Part shown: positions 1-10,029 of the stretch, one piece after another
Layout of the letters: every line of letters begins with the position of its first letter
Position numbering within the stretch: position 1 is the first letter of the stretch
Assembly (NCBI GenBank): GCA_030390025.1
Contig: CM059433.1
Coordinates: forward strand, 1,488,001-1,552,000
Length of the DNA: 64,000 bases
Source of the DNA: Squalus acanthias
Taxonomy: Eukaryota
Reading direction: 5' to 3'
The notes under the pieces: generated by a model
What the model saw: only the letters and a program-made list of their open reading frames with translations
Told to the model about the DNA's origin: nothing
Databases searched by the model: none
Translations under genes and position numbers: made by a program

Positions 1-1268
1 GGTTCCTCCAAGACCACTCAGCTCCAGACCTCATTACAGCCTTGGTCCAAACATGGTCAAAGGAGCTGAATTCCAGAGGTGAGGTGAGAGTAACTGCCCT
101 TGACATCAAGGCAGCATTTGACCGAGTGTGGCATCAAGGAGCCCCAGTAAAACTGAAGTCAATGGGAATCAGGGGGAAAACTTTCCACTGGCTGGAGTCA
201 TACCTAACACAAAGGAAGATGGTTGCGGTGGTTAAAGGTCAATCATCTCAGCCCCAGGACATCGCTACAGGAGTTCCTCAGGGCAGTGTCCTAGGCCCAA
301 CCATCTTCAGCTGCTTCATCAATGACCTTCTCTCCATTATAAGGTCAGAAATGGGGACGTTCGCTGATGACTGCACAGTGTTCAGTTCCATTCGCAACTC
401 CTCAGATAATGAAGCAGTCCATGCCCGCATGCAGCAAGACCTGAATGACATTCAGGCTTGGGCTGATAAATGGCAAGTAACATTCGCACCACACAAGTGC
501 CAGGCAATGACTATTTTCAACAAGAGAGATTCTAACCACCAACCTTTGACATTCAACAACATTACCATCACTGTATCCCACACCATCAACATCCTGGGGG
601 TCACCATTGACCAGAAACGTAACTGGACCAGCCACATAAATACTGTGGCTACAAGAGCAGGTCAGAGGCTAGGTATTCTGCGATGAGTGTCTCACCTCCT
701 GACTCCCCAAAGCCTTTCCACCATCTGCAAGGCACAAGTAAGGAGTGTGATGGAATACTCTCCACTTGCCTGGATGAGTGTAGCTCCAACAACACTCAAG
801 AAGCTCGACACCATCCAGGACAAAGCAGCCCACTTGATTGGCATACCATCCACCACCTTAAACATTCACTCCCTCCACCACCAGCGCACCATGGCTGCAG
901 TGTGTACCATCTACAAGATGCACTGCAGCAACTTACCAAGGCTTCTTCAGCAGCACCTCCCAAACCCGCAAACTCTACCACCTAGAAGGATAAGGGCAGC
1001 AGGCGCATGGGAACATCACCACCTCCAAGTTCCCCTCCAAGTCACACACCATCCTGACTTGGAAATATATCGCCGATCCTTCATCGTCGCTGGGTCAAAA
1101 TCCTGGAACTCCCTCCCTAACAGCACTGTGGGAGTACCATCATCACACGGACTGCAGCAGTTCAAGAAGGCAGCTCACCACCACCTTCTCAAGGGCGACT
1201 AGGGATGGGCAATAAATGCTGACCTTGTCAGCGACACTCACATCCCAGGAACGAATTTTAAAAAAAAT
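1..1268 (+). mobile_element. Non-LTR retrotransposon (CR1/L2-group LINE), 3' part of the RT ORF plus 3' UTR and A-rich tail; cut by the window edge
   Basis: RT motifs ALDIKAAFDRVWH, GVPQGSVLGP and FADD in ORF 42..686, continuing in frame in 687..1202. The TGA at 684-686 is CGA in the sister copy at 48 kb (CpG decay). AATAAA and an A-rich end follow. Exact clade not resolved. Confidence 0.9.
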
Positions 1269-1976
1269 CTCTGGAGTGGGACTCGAACCCATGTACGCTG
1301 TGGTCATTGTTATCTCCTGGAACTCATTTTGATCATCTTCAGGGATCGGAGAGGATTTTTAGAAAATTCCCTTTTCTCTGAATTGGCCTGTGTTTTTTAA
1401 AAATCTGTTTATTTGACTCCCAAGAGTCAACATAGGTGCTCTTGGGTGGGAAGTATTGGAGGTCATCTTGAATAGGACAGACTCGATTTACCGGTTGATT
1501 TTTTCCATCTTTTGGTATGTTTGCCAGTATGTTCGATATTTCTCTGTCCGTGTATATAATGGTCTCTGCCTAAGTAAACTTGTCAAGCTGTAATTACACC
1601 CTTCTGCCAGCGGAGACACTGCAGCACCACCTTTGGCCGAGGGTTTAATTACTGTACACAAGCAGTTTCTGTTATAAATATCAACGTAGGAATTTAGAAT
1701 AGAAATATAAAATAAGGTCAGAATGTAGGACTCAAACTGGTAACAGAATTACATCTGTGTACCCGAGTTCAATTATCCACGGCTTTACCTGAAGACTACA
1801 CTTGGTTTTGACTTTCCTTTGCAATGGCACAGGAAATTGTCTCATAAGTGTTGCAAAATAAAGAGTTAGATAAAAATAAGGAAAGAATGTATGACTTTAA
1901 AATGGGGACTGAATTACATCTATATACCCTGGTCGAATTATGCCCTGACCTCTAACCTTGCCTCACTTGAAGACTA

Positions 1977-2134
1977 TACTTCAACTACAAATATATGCAT
2001 GCATGTGTGTGTAATATATTAAAAGTCTTGCATTTAGCATGCACTTCCTGTGAGTATAACATTTAGTTCCTGGAACTTGTTTTGTCATGTTTTCTTCTGT
2101 CATGCACTCTCCATCACGCCTGTCTGTTACATTC
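1977..2134. repeat. Left copy of a ~158-bp direct duplication flanking an RTE insertion
   Basis: Matches 3123..3279 except for two substitutions and one 1-nt indel. Confidence 0.92.
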
Positions 2135-3122
2135 CTTCTTCTTAGGCAGTCCCTCGGAACCGAGGATGACTTGCTTCCACATTAAAAATTAGTTCTCAGG
2201 TGACTGATGAGTCCAATGCGGGACCTACAGTCTCTGTCACAGGTGGGGCAGACGGTGGTTGAAGGGGCGGGTGGGTGGGGTGCTTGGGTTGACGTGCGCT
2301 CCTTGCGCTGTTTGCGCTTGGCTTCCGCTTGCTCCCGGCGAAGAGACTCGAGGTGTTCGGCGCCTTCCCGGATGCTTCTCCTCCACTTTGTGCGGTCTTG
2401 GGCCAGGGATTGCCAGGTGTCGGTGGGGATGTTGCACTTTTTCAAGGAGGCTTTGAAGGTGTCCTTGAAGCGTTTCCTCTGCCCACCTGGGGCTCTCTTG
2501 CTGTGTCGGTGCTCCGAGTAGAGCGCTTGTTTTGGGAGTCTCGTATCGGGCATGCGGACGATGTGACCCGTCCATCGGAGCTGATCGAGCGTGGTCAAAG
2601 CTTCGATGTTGGGGATGTTGGCCTGAGCGAGAACACTGACGTTGGTGCGCCTATCCTGCCAATGGATTTGCAGGATCTTGCGGAGGCAGCGTTGGTGGTA
2701 CCTCTCCAGTGCTTTGAGGTGCCTGCTGTACATGGTCCATGTCTCTGAGGCATACAGGAGGGCGGGTATCACTGTTTCTCTGTAGACCATGAGCTTAGTG
2801 CCGGGTTTGAGGTCCTGGTCTTCAAACACTCTCTTCCTCAGGCGACCGAAGGCTGCACTGGCACACTGAAGGTGGTGTTGGACTTCGTCATCGACGTCTG
2901 CCCTTGTTGACAGTAGGCTCCCGAGGTATGGAAAGTGGTCCACGTTGTCCAAGGCCTTGTCATGGATTTGATAATCGGGGGGCAGTACTGTGTGGCGGGG
3001 GCAGGTTGGTAGAGGACCTTTGTCTTACGGATGGTTAGTGTAAGGCCCATGCCCTCGTACACTTCGGTGAAGGTGTTGACGATGATTTGGAGTTCGACCT
3101 CCGAGTGAGCACAGACGCAAGC
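2135..3122 (-). mobile_element. RTE-clade LINE, 5'-truncated
   Basis: ORF 2182..2952(-) has RTE C-terminal motifs (FPYLGS, LLYASETW, LRWTGHIVRMPDTRLPK, CPTCDRDCRSRIGLISH). (AAG)n tail starts at 2135. Confidence 0.93.
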
Positions 3123-3279
3123 TACTTCAACTACAAATATATGCATGCATGTGTGTGTAATATATTAAAGTCTTGCATTTAGCATGCACTTCCTGTAAGT
3201 ATAACATTTAGTTCCTGTAACTTGTTTTGTCATGTTTTCTTCTGTCATGCACTCTCCATCACGCCTGTCTGTTACATTC
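3123..3279. repeat. Right copy of the ~158-bp direct duplication
   Basis: Matches 1977..2134. Confidence 0.92.
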
Positions 3280-3368
3280 ACGATGCGGAGATGCCGGTGT
3301 TGGACTGGGGCGGACAAAATTGAGAGGTCGCACAACACCAGGTTATAGTCCAACAGTTTTATTTGAAA

Positions 3369-3406
3369 TCACAAGCTTTCGGAACTATCGCTCCTTCCTC
3401 AGGTGA
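3369..3406 (-). ncRNA. Minimal type-I hammerhead ribozyme motif in the inverted Penelope arm
   Basis: Exact reverse complement of 5996..6033. Confidence 0.8.
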
Positions 3407-3710
3407 AGTAAATTGGATACAGAATCGTCAGAGCATATATAGATGGAAAAAAAAGCATGTGTACTTTACAATTGCAGACCAATAAATTAAATCATCCTGA
3501 CTATCTGCCGAGGTGTGATAAAGTTAATTAAGTCAGCCAGGAAGGTACCACATCAAAAGACATAGCAAGATACAACTGAGACAATGAGGTGAAGTCGCAG
3601 GGGTTCTAACGTGTCAAAAGCTGCCGTCTGTATGTAAAACGAAAAGCTTTAAAAAAAAATTTTACTTTTTTACTGGGAAAATTTTTACTTTTTTACTGGG
3701 AATCACATCT

Positions 3711-5660
3711 GTGAACAAGCTTGACATGTATGCTCAAGCTGTCAGGAAATGCATCAACGCCAGATTCATCAGCCGCACTCACAAGACAGTCCAGAATGTC
3801 ACCCGAGCACAACGCAACGCCATCCACGCTCTCAAGACCAACCGCAACATTGTCATCAAACCAGCGGACAAAGGAGGAGCCATCGTCATACAGAACAGAA
3901 CGGACTATTGTAAAGAAGCATACCGACAACTGGACAACCAGGAACACTACAGACAGCTACCCGCAGATCCGACCAAAGAACACACCCGCCAACTCAATAG
4001 ACTGATCAAGACCTTCGATCCAGACCTTCAAAACATCCTACGCGCTCTCATCCCACGTACTCCCCGCGTGGGAGACTTCTACTGCCTCCCAAAGATACAC
4101 AAAGCCAACACACCCGGACGTCCTATCGTATCAGGCAATGGAACCCTGTGTGAGAACCTCTCTGGATACGTCGAGGGCATTCTGAAACCCATCGTACAGG
4201 GAACCCCCAGCTTCTGTCGCGACACTACAGACTTCTTACAGAAACTCAGCACCCACGGACCAGTTGAACCAGGAACACTCCTTGCCACGATGGACGTATC
4301 GGCACTCTACACCAGTATCCCCCACGATGACGGCATCGCTGCAACAGCCTCAGTACTCAACATCAACAACAGCCAATCTCCAGACGCCATCCTACAACTC
4401 ATCCGCTTCATCCTTGACCACAATGTCTTCACCTTCGACAACCATTTTTTTACCCAAACACACGGAACAGCCATGGGGACCAAATTCGCACCCCAATACG
4501 CCAACATCTTCATGCACAAGTTCGAGCAAGACTTCTTCGCTGCACAGGACCTCCAGCCAACGCTGTACACCAGATACATCGACGACACTTTCTTCCTTTG
4601 GACCCATGGCGAAGGATCACTGAAAAGACTACACGATAACATAAACAAGTTCCATCCCACCATCAAACTCACCATGGACTACTCCTCAGAATCGGTCTCA
4701 TTCCTGGACACACGAATCTCCATCAAAGACGGACACCTCAGCACTTCACTCTACCGCAAGCCCACGGACAACCTCACGATGCTCCACTTCTCCAGCTTCC
4801 ACCCTAACCATGTTAAAGAAGCCATCCCCTATGGACAAGCCCTGCGAATACACAGGATCTGCTCAGACGAGGAGGAACGCGATGGACACCTACGGACGCT
4901 GAAAAACGCCCTCGTAAGAACGGGATATGACGCTCGACTCATCGATCGACAGTTCCGACGGGCCACAGCGAAAAATCGCATAGACCTCCTCAGAAGGCAA
5001 ACACGGGACACAACCAACAGGGTACCCTACGTCGTCCAGTACTTCCCCGGAGCGGAGAAACTACGACATGTTCTTCGCAGCCTTCAACATGTCATCGATG
5101 ACGACAAACACCTCGCTAAGGCCATCCCCACGCCTCCACTACTTGCCTTCAAACAGCCGCCTAACCTCAGAAGTACCATCGTTCGCAGCAAATTACCCAG
5201 CTTTCAGGATAACAGCGACCACGACACCACACAACCCTGCCATGGCAAACTCTGCAAGACATGCCAGATCATCAACACAGATACCACCATCACACGTGAG
5301 GACACTACCCACCAGGTACATGGTACATACTCATGTGACTCGGCCAACGTTGTCTACCTCATACGTTGCAGGAAAGAATGCACCGCGGCATGGTACATCG
5401 GCGAGACCATGCAGACACTGAGACAACGTATGAACGAGCACCGCGCAACAATCGCCAGGCAGGATTGTTACCTCCCAGTCGGGGAACACTTCAGCAGTCA
5501 AGGACATTCAGCCTCGGATCTGCGGGTAAGCGTTCTCCAAGGCAACCTTAGAAACACACGACAACGCAAAATCATCGAGCAGAAACTGATAGCCAAGTTC
5601 TGCACTCATGAAGACGGTCTCAATCGGGATCTTGGGTTTATGTCACGATACATGACGTGA
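3711..5660 (+). CDS. Penelope-like RT plus GIY-YIG endonuclease; N-terminally truncated, uninterrupted frame
   Basis: IKPADKGG, LPKIHK, GRPIVS, MDVSALYTSIP, GTAMG and RYIDD motifs; Cys linker PCHGKLCKTC; NVVYLIRC...WYIGET...RMNEH; terminal GLNRD. The GTG start lies in the inverted arm and the first in-frame ATG is at 3726. Confidence 0.9.
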   Translation: MNKLDMYAQAVRKCINARFISRTHKTVQNVTRAQRNAIHALKTNRNIVIKPADKGGAIVIQNRTDYCKEAYRQLDNQEHYRQLPADPTKEHTRQLNRLIKTFDPDLQNILRALIPRTPRVGDFYCLPKIHKANTPGRPIVSGNGTLCENLSGYVEGILKPIVQGTPSFCRDTTDFLQKLSTHGPVEPGTLLATMDVSALYTSIPHDDGIAATASVLNINNSQSPDAILQLIRFILDHNVFTFDNHFFTQTHGTAMGTKFAPQYANIFMHKFEQDFFAAQDLQPTLYTRYIDDTFFLWTHGEGSLKRLHDNINKFHPTIKLTMDYSSESVSFLDTRISIKDGHLSTSLYRKPTDNLTMLHFSSFHPNHVKEAIPYGQALRIHRICSDEEERDGHLRTLKNALVRTGYDARLIDRQFRRATAKNRIDLLRRQTRDTTNRVPYVVQYFPGAEKLRHVLRSLQHVIDDDKHLAKAIPTPPLLAFKQPPNLRSTIVRSKLPSFQDNSDHDTTQPCHGKLCKTCQIINTDTTITREDTTHQVHGTYSCDSANVVYLIRCRKECTAAWYIGETMQTLRQRMNEHRATIARQDCYLPVGEHFSSQGHSASDLRVSVLQGNLRNTRQRKIIEQKLIAKFCTHEDGLNRDLGFMSRYMT

Positions 5661-5995
5661 TCCGGACTCGAGTCGTCGTTAGCTTGTTCACAGATGTGAT
5701 TCCCAGTAAAAAAGTAAAAATTTTCCCAGTAAAAAAGTAAATTTTTTTTTTAAAGCTTTTCGTTTTACATACAGACGGCAGCTTTTGACACGTTAGAACC
5801 CCTGCGACTTCACCTCATTGTCTCAGTTGTATCTTGCTATGTCTTTTGATGTGGTACCTTCCTGGCTGACTTAATTAACTTTATCACACCTCGGCAGATA
5901 GTCAGGATGATTTAATTTATTGGTCTGCAATTGTAAAGTACACATGCTTTTTTTTCCATCTATATATGCTCTGACGATTCTGTATCCAATTTACT

Positions 5996-6033
5996 TCACC
6001 TGAGGAAGGAGCGATAGTTCCGAAAGCTTGTGA
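5996..6033 (+). ncRNA. Minimal type-I hammerhead ribozyme motif
   Basis: UCAC-CUGAGGA-A-GGAGC(GAUA)GUUCC-GAAA-GC-UU^-GUGA: catalytic core, helix II, 4-bp helix I, and palindromic AGCU in place of helix III. Confidence 0.8.
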
Positions 6034-6320
6034 TTTCAAATAAAACTGTTGGACTATAACCTGGTGTTGTGCGACCTCTCAATTTTGTTACATTCACACC
6101 AGTTTTAACTCTATCTCTTAGATTGACCTCGGTTTGGTTCATTCTTCCCAGATGATTCACCCCAGGTCTGGTTCGTCCAGCTGCTGATTTGCATCTCTAA
6201 GCTGCAGGTGGTGCTGTTCTACCTGAAGCCTGTGAAGGTTGGGCTTTAAGTTCTTTAAAATGTTTATTACATTTTTGCTGTCATTATATTTAATTATTAT
6301 TTAATTATATTATATTTAAT

Positions 6321-6880
6321 TGTCAGCTGTGGCTCAGTTGGTAGCACACTCGCCGGAGCTCCGAGTAGAGCGCTTGTTTTGAGAGTCTCATATCGGGCAT
6401 GCGGACGATGTGACCCGTCCATCGGAGCTGATCGAGCGTGGTCAAAGCTTTTGATGTTGGGGATGTTGGGTTCAAGTCCCACTCCAGGGATTTGAGCACA
6501 TAAAGCTAGGCTGACACTCCAGTGCAGCGCTGAGGGAGTGCTGCACTGTCGGAGGTGCCGTCTTTCAGATGAGACGTTAAACCGAGGCCCCGTCTGCTCC
6601 CTCAGGTGGACGTAAAAGATCCCATTACATTATTTTGAAGAGCAGTGGAGTTATCTCCAGTGTCCTGGGCCAATATTTATCCCTCAACCAACATAACAAA
6701 AAATGATTATCTGGTCATCATCACATTGCTGTTTGTGGGAGCTTGCTGTGCGCAAATTGGCTGCTGCGTTTCCCACATTACAAAAGGGACCACACTTAAA
6801 AGTACTTCATTGGCTGTAAACCACTTTGAGAGGTCCGGTGGTGGTGAAAGGCGCTGTAGAAATGCAAATCTTTCTTTATT
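6321..6880 (+). mobile_element. tRNA-derived SINE (SacSINE1/DeuSINE-like) interrupted by an RTE fragment
   Basis: A box tggctcagttgg, B box ggttcaagtcc, Deu-like core gatgagacgttaaaccgagg and L2-like 3' end. Matches the copy at 15181. Confidence 0.85.
6354..6469 (-). mobile_element. Internal RTE fragment inside the SINE head
   Basis: Near-identical to 55504..55618 and about 2507..2621. No tail and no target duplication. Confidence 0.88.
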
Positions 6881-6919
6881 TATACTTTATCCTATATTTA
6901 AACCACCAGAAGAAGAGAA

Positions 6920-7036
6920 GATAAAAGCAAAATACCGCGGAATGCCGGAAATCTGAAATAAAAACAGAAATTGCTGGAAATGCTCAGCAGCGTCTGTGGA
7001 GAGAAACGTTTCAGGCCGATGACCTTTCCTCAGAAG
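6920..7036 (-). mobile_element. Penelope 3'-terminal fragment with a degenerate hammerhead motif (7001..7036)
   Basis: Minus strand reads CUGAGGA-A-AGGUC(AUC)GGCCU-GAAA-CG-UU, followed by sequence similar to 53155..53212. The helix I 3' strand is missing. Confidence 0.65.
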
Positions 7037-7159
7037 AAGAGAAGTTTCGCCAGCCTGAGCTTCGCTCCAGCCCACACTGTGGAGGCAGCTCTGCCTGCAC
7101 CAATCAGCTCTCTCGCACCACCGCCCACTGTCCTTCGACCCCACAGCGACTCCTGCAAA

Positions 7160-7532
7160 CAGAAGAGAAATGGAACAAGAAAAGAGAAGGGAGAGGAACT
7201 GAAGAGGAAAAAGGAAACAGAAGAAGAGAGAAACAAAAGAGAGAGGAATAGAAGCAGAGAGAAAAGTAAGAAAAGTAGGAGAGACAGAAGGAGAAAAGGA
7301 GAGAAAAACAAACTAGACAGAAGGAGGTAGAGAAATAAGCAGAAAAAAAGAGAAGCAGAGAGAGAGATAAACAGGAGAGAGAAAGAAGAGGAGAGTGAAC
7401 CACAATGAGAGACAAAGAGCAAGAGAGAAACAGAAGAGGCTGGAGACAGAGAGAGAACCAGAGAAAGGAGAACCAGAGAAAGGAGAACCAGAGAAGGTCA
7501 GCCAGAAATTTAAAAAAATGCAAGAGAAGAAA
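7160..7532 (+). repeat. Purine-rich (A/G) low-complexity tract, including three copies of a 15-bp unit ggagaaccagagaaa
   Basis: Almost only A and G on the + strand. Tandem units at about 7452..7497. Confidence 0.85.
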
Positions 7533-8130
7533 AGCCTTTGGGGGCAAGATTCGGATCCGCAGCGTCCATTTGCTGAGTACTACGAGTACCCTTAGAGGTC
7601 CAAAATGATGTCCGCGGCGTGCGCACACACTGGTGGGGTGAATCACGCTGGACGCCATATTGGTGAGGGCGTTAGTGCGCGCAGTGAACATCCACCTGAA
7701 GTATGCAGAGCAGGCAGGTAATGGCGTCACGCTGATTTGCCACCAGTGCTCCTATATTGGAGCTCAACGCTCCAGCTAACGGCCTCTCCTAACCTCGCAC
7801 AGCTCAACACGTGTTCAGCAGCAGGAAGGACCTGCCCACCAGCGCTATTTAAAGGGACACTCAACTACTTACAGGTTAGTTGCTGGTTGATTCCTTCTGG
7901 CTGTTGGTACAATTCTACAAGCATTTGGTCCTTTCTATAGTTGTTTCAAGTTGCAAAAGTCTAAAGGGAGTGGAGTGGCAGGTGCTGAAGGACTTTTCCT
8001 GACTTCAAGGCTTCTGCACAAACCACTTGCTGTCAGACATGGGTGCAGTAGTAGGCATTCCCCTTGGAATACAGCATGACTTGGAGAATGAACAGAGACC
8101 ACCCAGAGCAGGACAAGCTGCTAGAAGAAG

Positions 8131-8774
8131 TGTGAGAAGTCGCACAACACCAGGTTATAGTCCAACAGCTTTATTTGAAATCACAAGCTTTCGGAGCGCT
8201 GCTCCTTCGTCAGGTGAAGTGAAGAGATGCATATAGGCACAGCATATATAGTCAGAGAACACTGCCAGATGACTACAGTTAATCTTTCTAACTGCCCTTT
8301 ATCACACCTCAGCAGAGAGATAATCACAGCAATCAAAAGTGTGGATGGTGTCCAAACAGGTCAGTCAGGAAAACATTACATCAAAGACAATGTGGCAGAT
8401 GCTGGGGTCTGTACGGAAAACAAAAAACTTTTTTTGCTGGAAATCACAGCAGGTCCGGCCGCATCTGTGTAGAGAGAACAAGCCAACGACGACTCGAGTC
8501 TGGATGACTCTATGTCAGCTGGGGTTACATGTAGCGTGACATGAACCCAAGATCCCGGTTGAGGCCGTCCTCATGGGTGCGAAACTTGGCTATCAGTTTC
8601 TGCTCGATGATTTTGCGTTGTCGTGTGTCTCGAAGGCCGCCTTGGAGAACGCTTACCCGAAGATCGGAGGCTGAATGTCCTTGACTGCTGAAGTGTTCCC
8701 CGACTGGGAGGTAACACTCCTGCCTGGCGATTGTTGCGCGGTGTCCGTTCATACGTTGTCGCAGTGTCTGCATG
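8131..8774 (-). mobile_element. Penelope-like 3' fragment (endonuclease C-terminus plus terminal repeat)
   Basis: Encodes MQTLRQRMNGHR...GLNRDLGFMSRYM. Target duplication gaagaag at 8124..8130 and 8775..8781. Confidence 0.92.
8181..8217 (-). ncRNA. Minimal type-I hammerhead ribozyme motif
   Basis: Minus strand UCAC-CUGACGA-A-GGAGC(AGC)GCUCC-GAAA-GC-UU^-GUGA. Confidence 0.8.
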
Positions 8775-10029
8775 GAAGAAGGAGGAGGAGGAGAGGAGAA
8801 AGGGCTCTCAGCAGGAGGCCAAATCTGCCCAGAGTGTTCAGGGAGCAATTTTCCTACCTGAACCTCAGCGAGGAACAGTGTGTGAGACGTCTGCGCTTCA
8901 CTAAGGACATCCTCACTGAAATCTGCCACCTACTGCAGCCACAACTGCAACCTCAGAGCAGGGCAAGGACCGCATTGCCAGTGGCTGTGAAGGTGACCGC
9001 GGCCATGAACATTTATGCGTCGGGCTCCTTCCAAGCTGGAGCAGGAGATATTTGCAACATCTCCCAGTTTGTTGCCCCCTGTAGCATAAGTGAGGTCACT
9101 GAGGGTCTCTATTCCAAGAGAGCTGACTATATTTCACTCTCTCTTGCCAGAGTCCAACAGGCAGAGCGAGCATGCGACTTCGCTAGGATTGCAGGCTTCC
9201 CAATGGTTCAGAGTGTCATTGACTGCACACACATTGCTTTGCGGGCGTTGCATGTAAACTCTGCCATATACCGGAACCGAAAGTGAATCCACTCCCTCAA
9301 TGTCCAGCGGGTGTGCGACCATCGGCATCGAATCATGCAGGTCAGTGCCCGGTATCCTGGCAGCAGTCATGATGCCTTCATTCTGCGGCAGTTCGCTGTG
9401 CCATCCGTATTTGAGCTGCCACGGCAAACCAAAGGGTGGCTCCTGGGCGACCGGGGCTATCCACTGACGACATGGCTCATGACTCCGGTGAGCAACTCAT
9501 GCACACGTGCGCAGCATGCATACAATGAGAGCCATGCTGCCACATGAAATCTGATAGAGCAGCCTATTGCCGTGTGAAACAATTCTTCCGTTGCCTGGAC
9601 CGCTCTGGAGGAGCCCTGGAGTACTCGGCAGAGCAGGTGTGAAGATTCGTGGTGGTCTGCTGCATGCTCCACAATCTCGCCATCATGAGGGTACAGCCCT
9701 TGCCACCAGCTGTACAGCGAGCAGCTGAGGAGGAGGACAAGGAGGCGGAGGAGGAAGAGGAGGAAGTGGAAGGGTAGAGGTAACCTAGACAGCCCCTTTC
9801 TGCCCAGGATGTCCATTAAAAACTCATCTGAGTGCGATACCATTCACCGCAACCCCAATTCCCCATCCACCAACAGTCCCACACCTTCCCTTCCCTCTGT
9901 CACTGACTGTCACAGCCTCCACTTGGCCACAATACCAAAATAAAAGCCTCCACAAAATAAACATTTCAAACTAAATTTATAAATCAAATCATGCCATATT
10001 GCATACAAACGTAAACTAATCACCATGGT

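Larger units (their letters stand above)
3282..6085 (+). mobile_element. Penelope-like element (Neptune-type), 5'-truncated, with an inverted terminal repeat
   Basis: About 3312..3721 is the reverse complement of 5681..6088, and the left arm extends ~30 nt further to 3282. Contains an RT+GIY-YIG ORF. Target duplication tgttacattcac at 3270..3281 and 6086..6097. Confidence 0.95.
8039..9790 (+). pseudogene. Harbinger (HARBI1-like) DDE transposase pseudogene
   Basis: IAGFPMVQSVIDCTHIAL, YRNRK, ARYPGSSHDAFIL, WLLGDRGYPL..WLMTP, YNESH and CCMLHN motifs. Several stops. Split by a Penelope insertion. Confidence 0.9.

Noticed and set aside
1748..1982. Imperfect local repeat (gaattacatct...tgaagacta twice)
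   Set aside because: Short and diverged, with no further structure to interpret.
6971..7730. Lys/Arg/Glu-rich and Leu/Phe/Ser-rich ORFs
   Set aside because: Translations of a purine-rich low-complexity tract.
8039..9790. Host HARBI1 gene
   Set aside because: Multiple stops, a retroelement insertion and a convergent Myb partner indicate a transposon copy.
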